A DNA stretch of 64,000 nucleotides from Dicyema japonicum. Taxonomy: Eukaryota; Animalia; Dicyemida. The position numbers and the translations under genes are program-made. Shown in pieces: positions 51,609-63,678 of the stretch (within the stretch, counting starts at the first letter, position 1; every line of letters begins with the position of its first letter). The notes beneath the pieces are model-generated. The model ran no database searches, was not told where the DNA came from, and saw only the letters and a list, made by a program, of their open reading frames with translations. The DNA lies in the NCBI GenBank assembly GCA_011109175.1, contig RDEW01000012.1, forward strand, positions 846,552-910,551. The letters are read 5' to 3'.

Positions 51609-52284
51609 TGTCGCGAGCGCTACTTGCAACTATGCGCTACTTGCAATATCGATTTTTTGAATTTTTTGAATTTTTTTTGAATCTATGAAAATTATTCTTT
51701 TGGATTAAAATTCTAATTTTTAGTAATATAAAATATTAATTTTAATGTATAAAATTAATATAAACTATTAATTCTAATTTAAATTGTTATGTCACGCTTC
51801 TCCCACGTTGTTGTGGTGCTTCGTTTGTGCTAATGCTTATTCCATATTATTTTTGTATTGTCTTATATTTTCTTCATTAATATATTAGTGGATTCATCAA
51901 ATAGAGTTTAATAGGTTTGCATTTAGACATGATAAAGACATGAATTTTCTAGAGAAGAAAAACAGAAGCACGTCACCACTTCAACCAAAAAGACCAAGAA
52001 ACACACTTCCAACCTGCTTAAAAGATGACTACGAACAAAATAAGAATTTAAAAAATAAATTCAATTTTATAAGATAATTTAAGAATTTAAAAAATAAATT
52101 CAATTTTATATTTTTTAAAGCATAACATAAATCTACATATAATTTTAGTTTCATGTTTTTTTGAGTAAAACTGGTTTCTTTAAAAAATTTCGACTTGTGA
52201 GTGTCTTAATACTACTCGTTTAATTTCGAGCAAAAAAAAATCGATATTGCAAGTAGCGCATAGTTGCAGGTAGCGCTCGCGACA
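51609..52284. mobile_element. Non-autonomous TIR element (MITE) with TGT...ACA ends; copies 55658-56329 and 59701-60337
   Basis: ~50-bp TIRs with 1 mismatch. TAATA is duplicated on both flanks (51604-51608, 52285-52289). Non-coding AT-rich interior. Confidence 0.92.
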
Positions 52285-52382
52285 TAATATAAGTCTTAAA
52301 AGTTGAAGATATTCAGTGCATTATAAGTACTTGGCTTCTCATTTTTTAACAATTAAAATAGCCGCTTTGATTTTTTAAAGTT

Positions 52383-52724
52383 TTATTTTTTTATTTTAAT
52401 AACCCCGGGAACACCGAGAAAGAAAGACAAAAGAGTTAAACAGTTAGGTGATCCCAGTCCTCGCAATCAATTGTGCCATTCGACGTCTGTGATCTTCCAT
52501 CGTCACCACTACTTTCCGGAAGAGCCTTCTCTCGGTCTTGCAGAGAAATCCGATCGGGGAGGGAAATTTCTTATCCAATCGGTTTTCTCTTGCCATGGGA
52601 AGGATCAGGCGAAGCGGGTTTCCATCTTTCTCACAGACGCGAAGAAATCCGGAGCCACGACTACGGATCTTAGCTTCCATGAGTAGTGAGTCGACTGTTG
52701 ATCCATTACGTGGGCAAAGCATAC
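52383..52724 (-). mobile_element. 5'-truncated LINE (ARTGIT family) with 15-bp TSD; copies ~56425-56768 and ~60435-60768
   Basis: TGATTTTTTAAAGTT at 52368-52382 and 52725-52739. Highly similar to 16940-17275. Confidence 0.88.
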
Positions 52725-55700
52725 TGATTTTTTAAAGTTAAAAAATTTAATAGTTATTTCGTATTTGATGTGTTTTTTAATTATAATTAAATGATTTATA
52801 TTATTTTAGTTACAAAGAAAAATCATATTTAATTTAAACACAAATTCTTCCTAGTGGTAAATTAAAAATGTCGTCAGTAGTGAGATTCGAACCCGGGACC
52901 ATCAAAATTTGTCTAGCACTTATGACGCTAAAACTACACTGCCATTATACATACAATTTTGAAAGCACCCATCCTTAATTAAAAATATGCTTTCTCTTTT
53001 AATTGATTAATCCATTATTATGCAACTTTTTGTGGTTTTCGCGGAAAAAATTTTATTGGTTTTGGAAAAACACTTAAATTGTGAGAAGCATATTTCAACG
53101 GATCTGAAGATGGCTGAGAATACTTCTGTAGATTATTGATAGAATTAACCTGGAATTTAGAATATTATTTGAAATAGCGCATATACTTTTAGGTAATGTC
53201 AACTGATCTCAGGCAACAGAACAATAACTCCCCGACACATTGGCTCCTAACAACCTATTTCATAGTGCCCATTCATTTTGTGTATAGCAGCGCTTCCCCA
53301 TTCGTTTTGAGTTCGCACTCCCAAAAAATTTAAGATCTAACCTCGGACCCCCGATTTTAAATCTAACAGAATTCGAATTTTATTCAAAAAAATTAGTTAG
53401 GTTCTTTGAGACTTATTTTACTTTTAAGTTTTATTTCTTCTAAACGCGGTTTTTGTCTGCTAGTGCAATTCTGAGATCTTTTCAGGATTAAGAGCGTTTC
53501 CTTACTTATTCTTCATATATAGTAGATATGAAAATCAGATTCAGTTGCAATTGGAACCAGAACTTGCAGTGCGTTTTGCAAGGTTATCCTCATCTCTATC
53601 CCCCATCTTCTCTACTTTGAAAGCAAATGGGTCAACAATACAGGAATCAGAATCCTTTAGCCTTCAAACATTCAAGATCATTTCCAATTTTAACTAATGC
53701 GTATCAGTCAAAAAGGTCATTTTTTTTAATTCAGTTTCTATGTGCTGACATTCTTTTGCCGCGTTCCTCATCCTTTAAAGTAGACTATCAAATCAGTTGA
53801 ACATTGATGCGACTATATACATCATTTCTCGTGATCGTGTAAATTTTGTTTTTTAGCAAACTATGGAACCTGTCACGGCCAAAATGATTCGAATTATGCT
53901 GAGCCTATGATTGTCAGTTAATATAGATACATCAATCATTTTTATCTTCAATTCAATGAGAAAGAGCCGTAATTTTTGATTTCCCACGTACATGTACACT
54001 TCAGACTCCTAAAACGTGATATTCTTTGAGAGAGAGCGCATGTACCTTTCCTTTCTATCAAGCGTCTCAGAAATGGTCTTATTGATTTTATTTTTTGAAT
54101 ATATCATCTCGAAAGAGTGATATGATTTTTTCAATGAATTTTATGAAAAGACCCACAAAAGACACTTGCCCGTGTCCTATAATTTATTATTATTTATTTA
54201 ATAACCGCGAGAAGGGAACACCAAGAAAGAAGGAGTCCAACTAACTAAGTTATCCCGGTACACCTCAAAAGGATCGAGAGGTTTTTTATGTTCCTCCAGA
54301 TTACCCACGGCTTTTCTGAATAGACGACGATCACCTTTTATTAAAATTTGAAGAGAGGTGGGTTTTTTCCCAATTTACGTGTATTTGAGGCCTCTAGCCT
54401 TGAATGAGGAAACGACTTGTTTCTTAGCCACACAGACCGATGAAGCCGGAGCATTATTTTTGATTGCGGCGTGGTCAAGCATTGGGGGGAAAGCTTCTGA
54501 TATAAATTGAGACAGTGAAGTCAAATGTGTCGTAGTTGAACGCTCACATTTGAAACCATATTGAAAGTGGCAGTCTGGCAAATGGGGTTTAATTTTCCAG
54601 AGTACGAGTTTCTCCATTAGGCGCGATAATGCGCACGTTAATGAATTTGGAGGGTAGGAAGAAGTTAAGGTTTTCGGTTTTCCCTTTTGAGTTGTTGAAT
54701 CGGCTCAGTTTTAATATAGTCGGATTATGATTACTGTGAAAATCGTAGGAGACGTTCCATGAAATCATCGGGGCAATCATAGAGGAAGCAAAGGATATGT
54801 CGGGGGAAGTTGGGTTGTCATTTCTTCGGACTGGTGTCTTTGTAAAAATGTTTGGAATGTTTCAGAAATCACCATTTTTTCGAAAGAGTTGATAATTAAT
54901 CTCCCCTCCCCCTCTTGTCTACCGACTGGTTACTGAACTTTGCGGATGTTTGGCGTTAAATCCCCACATAGTGACACATTTAGAATTTCTTGTAGTTTGT
55001 CGAGCTTCGGAACATAGTTATTAGGACAGGATCCCGGCGGTGGAATGAAATGTTGATTAGAATAAGATGTTCTGTCCATTAATAGAAATTTGTTCCGCGG
55101 TCCTGTCGTGTAGAATTAAATTATCCACTTGCAAGCTCACATCATGGAAGGATAAACCGTTTTTAATAATGGTCAGTAAGCCGCCATCACGGTCTTTTCT
55201 GATAGTCCAATAATTTGAAGATAATATAGACAGTTTTATTATTTTTAATTTACTATTAATGTGAGTACTAAAGTTTATTAGAAAAATATCATCCACAACA
55301 ATGTTCTAACAGCTTTGAGGTGTAAAAGCACGAGGTATACACCTCAGAAAGAACCCCAGTAACGTCTCTTATTAGTTTAAGGTATTATTTCGTCAGGACT
55401 TTGTTGTACGAATTAATTGATTATCTTAGATACGAATTGATTTCATTTGCAGCACAGCAGGCTTTCAAATTTGGAAAACCCAAATCCAAAGGTTCCAATA
55501 TCTAGAAAGAGGGGGCACATATAGAACAAGAGAAAGAAACGGTGTTGATTCTACCCCATCCTGGGCCTTATCTTCACACGTAGTTGACAGTTGTTTTGAA
55601 TCCATGGAGATGTCTACTGAATCACCATTCGACTAGGGTTAGGATACGGAGATAATATGTCGCGAGCGCTACTTGCAACTATGCGCTACTTGCAATATCG

Positions 55701-58700
55701 ATTTTTGAATTTTTTGAATTTTTTTGAATCTATGAAAATTATTCTTTTGGATTAAAATTCTAATTTTTAGTAATATAAAATATTAATTTTAATGTATAAA
55801 ATTAATATAAACTATTAATTCTAATTTAAATTGTTATGTCACGCTTCTCCCACGTTGTTGTGGTGCTTCGTTTGTGCTAATGCTTATTCCATATTATTTT
55901 TGTATTGTCTTATATTTTCTTCATTAATATATTAGTGGATTCATCAAATAGAGTTTAATAGGTTTGCATTTAGACATGATAAAGACATGAATTTTCTAGA
56001 GAAGAAAAACAGAAGCACGTCACCACTTCAACCAAAAAGACCAAGAAACACACTTCCAACCTGCTTAAAAGATGACTACGAACAAAATAAGAATTTAAAA
56101 ATAAATTCAATTTTATAAGATAATTTAAGAATTTAAAAAATAAATTCAATTTTATATTTTTTAAAGCATAACATAAATCTACATATAATTTTAGTTTCAT
56201 GTTTTTTTGAGTAAAACTGGTTTCTTTAAAAAATTTCGACTTGTGAGTGTCTTAATACTACTCGTTTAATTTCGAGCAAAAAAAATCGATATTGCAAGTA
56301 GCGCATAGTTGCAGGTAGCGCTCGCGACATAATATAAGTCTTAAAAGTTGAAGATATTCAGTGCATTATAAGTACTTGGCTTCTCATTTTTTAACAATTA
56401 AAATAGCCGCTTTGATTTTTTAAAGTTTTATTTTTTTATTTTAATAACCCCGGGAACACGAGAAAGAAAGACAAAAGAGTTAAACAGTTAGGTGATCCCA
56501 GTCCTCGCAATCAATTGTGCCATTCGACGTCTGTGATCTTCCATCGTCACCACTACTTTCCGGAAGAGCCTTCTCTCGGTCTTGCAGAGAAATCCGATCG
56601 GGGAGGGAAATTTCTTATCCAATCGGTTTTCTCTTGCCATGGGAAGGATCAGGCGAAGCGGGTTTCCATCTTTCTCACAGACGCGAAGAAATCCGGAGCC
56701 ACGACTACGGATCTTAGCTTCCATGAGTAGTGAGTCGACTGTTGATCCATTACGTGGGCAAAGCATACTGATTTTTTAAAGTTAAAAAATTTAATAGTTT
56801 TTCGTATTTGATGTTTTTTAATTATAATTAAATGATTTATATTATTTTAGTTACAAAGAAAAATCATATTTAATTTAAACACAAATTCTTCCTAGTGGGT
56901 AAATTAAAATGTCGTCAGTAGTGAGATTCGAACCCGGGACCATCAAAATTTGTCAGCACTTATGACGCTAAAACTACACTGCCATTATACATACAATTTT
57001 GAAAGCACCCATCCTTAATTAAAAATATGCTTTCTCTTTTAATTGATTAATCCATTATTATGCAACTTTTTGTGGTTTTCGCGGAAAAAATTTTATTGGT
57101 TTTGGAAAAACACTTAAATTGTGAGAAGCATATTTCAACGGATCTGAAGATGGCTGAGAATACTTCTGTAGATTATTGATAGAATTAACCTGGAATTTAG
57201 AATATTATTTGAAATAGCGCATATACTTTTAGGTAATGTCAACTGATCTCAGGCAACAGAACAATAACTCCCCGACACATTGGCTCCTAACAACCTATTT
57301 CATAGTGCCCATTCATTTTGTGTATAGCAGCGCTTCCCCATTCGTTTTGAGTTCGCACTCCCAAAAAATTTAAGATCTAACCTCGGACCCCCGATTTTAA
57401 ATCTAACAGAATTCGAATTTTATTCAAAAAAATTAGTTAGGTTCTTTGAGACTTATTTTACTTTTAAGTTTTATTTCTTCTAAACGCGGTTTTTGTCTGC
57501 TAGTGCAATTCTGAGATCTTTTCAGGATTAAGAGCGTTTCCTTACTTATTCTTCATATATAGTAGATATGAAAATCAGATTCAGTTGCAATTGGAACCAG
57601 AACTTGCAGTGCGTTTTGCAAGGTTATCCTCATCTCTATCCCCCATCTTCTCTACTTTGAAAGCAAATGGGTCAACAATACAGGAATCAGAATCCTTTAG
57701 CCTTCAAACATTCAAGATCATTTCCAATTTTAACTAATGCGTATCAGTCAAAAAAGGTCATTTTTTTTAATTCAGTTTCTATGTGCTGACATTCTTTTGC
57801 CGCGTTCCTCATCCTTTAAAGTAGACTATCAAATCAGTTGAACATTGATGCGACTATATACATCATTTCTCGTGATCGTGTAAATTTTGTTTTTTAGCAA
57901 ACTATGGAACCTGTCACGGCCAAAATGATTCGAATTATGCTGAGCCTATGATTGTCAGTTAATATAGATACATCAATCATTTTTATCTTCAATTCAATGA
58001 GAAAGAACCGTAATTTTTGATTTCCCACGTACATGTACACTTCAGACTCCTAAAACGTGATATTCTTTGAGAGGGAGCGCATGTATCTTTCCTTTCTATC
58101 AAGCGTCTCAGAAATGGTCTTATTGGTTTTATTTTTTGAATATATCATCTCGAAAGAGTGATATGATTTTTCCAATGAATTTTATGAAAAGACCCACAAA
58201 AGACACTTGCCCGTGTCCTATAATTTATTATTATTTATTTAATAACCGCGAGAAGGGAACACCAAGAAAGAAGGAGTAAACCAACTAATTAAGTTATCCC
58301 GGTACACCTCAAAAGGATCGAGAGGTTTTTCCTGTGTTCCTCCAGAGTACCCACGGCTTTCCTGAATAGACGACGATCACCTTTCATTAAAATTTGAAGA
58401 GAGGTGGGTTTTTTTCCCAATTTACGTGTATTTGAGGCCTCTAGCTTTGAATGAGGAAACTACTTGTTTCTTAGCCACACAGACCGATGAAGCTGGAGCC
58501 ATTATTTTTGATTGCGACGTGGTCAAGCATTGGGGGGAAAGCTTCTGATATAAATTGAGACAGTGAAGTCAAATGTGTAGTAGTTGAACGCTCACATTTG
58601 AAACCATGTTGAAAGTGGCAGTCTGGCAAATGGGGTTTAATTTTCCAGAGTACGAGTTTCTCCATTAGGCGCGATAATGCGCACGTTAATGAATTTGGAG

Positions 58701-60915
58701 GGTAGGAAGAAGTTAAGGTTTTCGGTTTTCCTTTTTGAGTTATTGAATCGACTCAGTTTTAATCGGATTATGATTACTGTGAAAATCGTAGGAGACGTTC
58801 CATGAATTCATCGGGGCAATCATAAAGGAAGCAAAGGATATGTCGGGGGAGGTTGGGTTATCATTTCTTCGGACTGGTGTCCTTGTGAAAATGTTCGGGT
58901 GATTCAGAATCACCATTTTTTCGAAAAAGTCGATAATTAAACTCCCCTCCACCTCTTGTCTGCCGACTGGGTACTGAACTTTGCGGATGTTTGGGGTTAA
59001 ATCCCCACATAGTGACACATTTAGAATTTCTTGTAGTTTGTCGAGCTTCGGAACATAGTTATTAGGACAGGATCCCGGCGGTGGAATGAAATGTTGATTA
59101 GAATAAGATGTTCTGTCCATTAATAGAAATTTGTTCCGCGGTCCTGTCGTGTAGAATTAAATTATCCACTTGCAAGCTCACATCATGGAAGGATAAACCG
59201 TTTTTAATAATGGTCAGTAAGCCGCCATCACGGTCTTTTCTGATAGTCCAATAATTTGAAGATAATATAGACAGTTTTATTATTTTTAATTTACTATTAA
59301 TGTGAGTACTAAAGTTTTATTAGAAAAATATCATCCACAACAATGTTCTAACAGCTTTGAGGTGTAAAAGCACGAGGTATACACCTCAGAAAGAACCCCA
59401 GTAACGTCTCTTATTAGTTTAAGGTATTATTTCGTCAGGACTTTGTTGTACGAATTAATTGATTATCTTAGATACGAATTGATTTCATTTGCAGCACAGC
59501 AGGCTTTCAAATTTGGAAAACCCAAATCCAAAGGTTCCAATATCTAGAAAGAGGGGGCACATATAGAACAAGAGAAAGAAACGGTGTTGATTCTACCCCA
59601 TCCTGGGCCTTATCTTCACACGTAGTTGACAGTTGTTTTGAATCCATGGAGATGTCTACTGAATCCACCATTCGACTAGGTTAGGATACGGGAGATAATA
59701 TGTCGCGAGCGCTACTTGCAACTATGCGCTACTTGCAATATCGATTTTTTGAATTTTTTGAATTTTTTTTGAATCTATGAAAATTATTCTTTTGGATTAA
59801 AATTCTAATTTTTAGTAATATAAAATATTAATTTTAATGTATAAAATTAATATAAACTATTAATTCTAATTTAAATTGTTATGTCACGCTTCTCCCACGT
59901 TGTTGTGGTGCTTCGTTTGTGCTAATGCTTATTCCATATTATTTTTGTATTGTCTTATATTTTCTTCATTAATATATTAGTGGATTCATCAAATAGAGTT
60001 TAATAGGTTTGCATTTAGACATGATAAAGACATGAATTTTCTAGAGAAGAAAAACAGAAGCACGTCACCACTTCAACCAAAAAGACCAAGAAACACACTT
60101 CCAACCTGCTTAAAAGATGACTACGAACAAAATAAGAATTTAAAAAATAAATTCAATTTTATATTTTTTAAAGCATAACATAAATCTACATATAATTTTA
60201 GTTTCATGTTTTTTTGAGTAAAACTGGTTTCTTTAAAAAATTTCGACTTGTGAGTGTCTTAATACTACTCGTTTAATTTCGAGCAAAAAAAAATCGATAT
60301 TGCAAGTAGCGCATAGTTGCAGGTAGCGCTCGCGACATAATATAAGTCTTAAAAGTTGAAGATATTCAGTGCATTATAAGTACTTGGCTTCTCATTTTTT
60401 AACAATTAAATAGCCGCTTTGATTTTTTAAAGTTTTTTTTTATTTTAATAACCCCGGGAACACCGAGAAAGAAAGACAAAAGAGTCAAACAGTTAGGTGA
60501 TCTCAGTCCTCGCAATCAATTGTGCCATTCGACGACTGTGATCTTCCATTGTCACCACAACTTTCCGGAAGAGCCTTCTCTCGGTCTTGCAGAGGAATCC
60601 GATCGGGGAGGAATTTCTTATCTAATCGGTTTTCTCTTGCCATGGGAAGGATCAGGCGAAGCGGGTTTCCATCTTTCTCACAGACGCGAAGAAATCCGGA
60701 GCCAAGACTACGGATCTTAGCTTCCATGAGTAGTGGGTCGACTGTTGATCCATTACGTGGACAAAGCATACTGATTTTTTAAAGTTAAAAAATTTAATAT
60801 TTATTTCGTATTTGATGTGTTTTTTAATTATAATTAAATGATTTATATTATTTTAGTTACAAAGAAAAATCATATTTAATTTAAACACAAATTCTTTCTA
60901 GTGGGTAAATTAAAA

Positions 60916-62019
60916 ATGTCGTCCACTTCGAAATTCTCCCTAAGTACGGTATTCTCTTACTTTAGATGAAAAACTACTCTGTTACCACGGGCCACTGATA
61001 TACACGGCTAAGGTCGGATAATATAACCATTGATAGTGCATCAAAATTCGAGATGAAGGGAAAGTGACGGAATATCTCGTTCACTACGAAAGATGGAACA
61101 AACAGTAAATTTTCAAACCTTAAAAATCATTTATTCTCCATATTTTTGCAGATGGGACGAATGGGTAACGGACTGCAGGCTTCTTAAGAATACAAGGGCC
61201 AACCAGGATAAGAAAGATGCTCTTGAAAAGAAGATGTAATTTTGTAGCTAATTCGACAGCTACGAGGAAATAGATGGCAAAAAACAAGGAAAACGGAAAC
61301 GGACCTGTTTTTACTGTATCACTTACTTTTAGCTGATTTGGCTAAGAAGTCCTCCAAAATCGAGGTGGAAACCGGCGATGAAGAATACCGCGAAAAAATC
61401 GGCTATCGAGGAAGTTTTCTCCGCGAAAATCACTGTGCCGGAGAACCTAAAGTCTCTGCTGGTAGACGACTGGGATTTGTGCAAGAAGTACTCGAACGTA
61501 GTTTGGTGGTAATTCCGAGGTTCTTTCGGTCCCCCATAGTCGGTCGATCACGGCTATTTTGAAGGACTTTAGTGGGTGGAAGATTGGGGTGGACAGCGAA
61601 CGGAATAACTTGAAGTTGTCGAATGTAGAGTTTGTGAGTTTGGGGATAGTAGGTTCGTGAATGAGTTACCGGGGGATTATTGATTACTTCAATGTCTCAT
61701 TGGAGAAGCAGTTGCTTTATCCCTCTGAGAAGGATCACATGAATGCACTCAAAGCCAATCAGAATGGTGGGGGAGCCAGTTTGTGGAGACGTATGGTGTT
61801 GTCCACCTCCTTAGATTGATGGGTTGGTCTATTTGTGATTTTTAGTGAAAATTGATGAATATCTGAACAAGAGCACTTTCATGAAGAATGAGATTGGTGA
61901 ACTTGTCACGTGGATTGATAGCTTCTTGAGGTTGTGTGTGGTTATAGTGAAGCTTTATTTCTACAAATATCGACAAGTACTTTTCGTTTGAGGATTATTA
62001 CTGCCCTTCTTTAAAGTAG
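60916..62019 (+). CDS. MORF4L1: MRG15/Eaf3 chromodomain + MRG-domain protein, 9 introns; apparent homopolymer frameshifts
   Basis: LLCYHGPLIY, YLVHYERWNKQWDEWV, VPENLKSLLVDDWD, DYFNVSLEKQLLY and YGVVHLLRL. Introns: 60944-60965, 61013-61036, 61105-61151, 61236-61259, 61307-61332, 61498-61519, 61630-61652, 61823-61845, 61931-61952. Confidence 0.9.
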
Positions 62020-62939
62020 TTGACTTATTTATTCGATCATTTTGTTGGAATTATTTATCATAATAAGCTTGGTTAGATAAGCCATTTCCTTTAAGTAAAC
62101 AATTTATTAACATAAAGTTGGTATGACAGGTCTCTGTTATGGCCTGAACACGCAATGGGAGTTACCTCAGCCCAATGTTCTGGAAAACCCCTCATGTCGT
62201 TCTCTGTTCATCTTTCCGCTTTTTCACAAGCCGTCCATTAAATCTATACGTGCTCGGACAACAAAGCCAGACGTATTGGCTGGAAAACGAACCTGTCTTT
62301 CTTTAATTAGTCGTTTTTATTTACTCCCTGGGACTTTTTAAGTCTTATGTCATCTCTTATTGTGTGAGCTCTTTTGATCCAGAAATCTTTTATCTGGGTT
62401 TTGGGTGAGCTGTGGGGTGCCAACCTGAAATGTTAGTACAAATGCATGTTTACAAATTGGTAGGAAACTGGGAGTAAACATCGAGGAATCTGTATCCCTT
62501 GGACGGTACTTCCTTCAAGACCGAGCATGAAAAGACCGCTGAGAGAACTATGGATCATCTGAATTTTTCATTCTACTTTTGTCTCATGTCAGCTTGGAAA
62601 TATTATTACTATTACCCCCGGATCACAAGGTTAAAAGGAATAGAAAATTCTTAACTCACTAAGTGACTCATACCAATACAGGGAAAGTCCTATCCGAAGT
62701 GAACAAGACTCCTGAATGACTCTATAGAAGGGAATTAATATTTCAATTTAAAGTCTTATTTTTTATATACAAAATAAACTTCTGCATATTATTACAAGAT
62801 TTTGGATATCTGTTTTTATTCCATTAAGGACCACATACATGCCTTCTTCAATTCCTATGCCTGGTTTTCAAATATGGAAGATTTGATATCGATGTGAGTT
62901 ATCCTGAATAATATTAATTTTTAGTGAAATACAGCTTAT

Positions 62940-63090
62940 TTATTATCCCCGGATACACCGAGAAAGTAGATAAAGCAAACAACTAATTAAGTGTATCCAG
63001 TTTCCACTTCCACATAAACAGAGTCCATCCGGAATCAACATAAAGGGTAAAAGACGTCCATAATTGCAGTTGTGGAAACCCCTCCAGTGG
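62940..63090 (-). mobile_element. LINE 3' remnant
   Basis: The tail CCCCGGATACACCGAGAAAG...CAACTAATTAAGTG matches other LINE 3' UTRs. Confidence 0.55.
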
Positions 63091-63678
63091 AGTGGGGGCA
63101 ATACAGCTTACAGAGAAAAAAACTGCCTTTAAATTGCACCAGAAAACGTGATAATATACGCATATTACTCGACAAATATTGTCAGACCCCTTCCTATCGA
63201 AAGCAATCGTACTTATATATGAAAGATTGAGTGTTCAGAACCAAGTTCTTAGCTGTGATTCATTGCCCGTAAACGGATATTATATAATTTGAAGTATTTA
63301 CATCGTCTCCTCTTGTAATTTTTTGCAAGAGAATATCTATGCTATACACAATTACTTGATTAAACTAGAGGATTACTCGAACGATTCCGGACCCCTGGTG
63401 GTTCAAAGTGACCTCTTTGCGAATCATGGTCGATTTCTACTCCCAGAATTTTAATTGAAAATCTTCAAGTCATCACTCGTTTCGAATTCAGTCGATTTTA
63501 AAGGGACAACTGTACCATTGGTAATGATTCATCTTCCAAACTCATTTGTAGGGATATTAGTGATCATTTAGCTGTAATGGCTGTTTGGCTGTCCAGATTG
63601 ACCTCATTGTAACATCTGGGATCATCACCTGTCAATCAAAATAATATATAAATTCCAGATTTTACAAAGAAAAAACTA

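Larger units (their letters stand above)
48823..60923. repeat. Tandem triplication, units ~4052, 4041 and 4007 bp
   Basis: Units start at CAGTAGTGAGATTCG at 48823, 52875 and 56916. Homology ends at 60923. ORFs are repeated in the ORF track. Confidence 0.97.
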
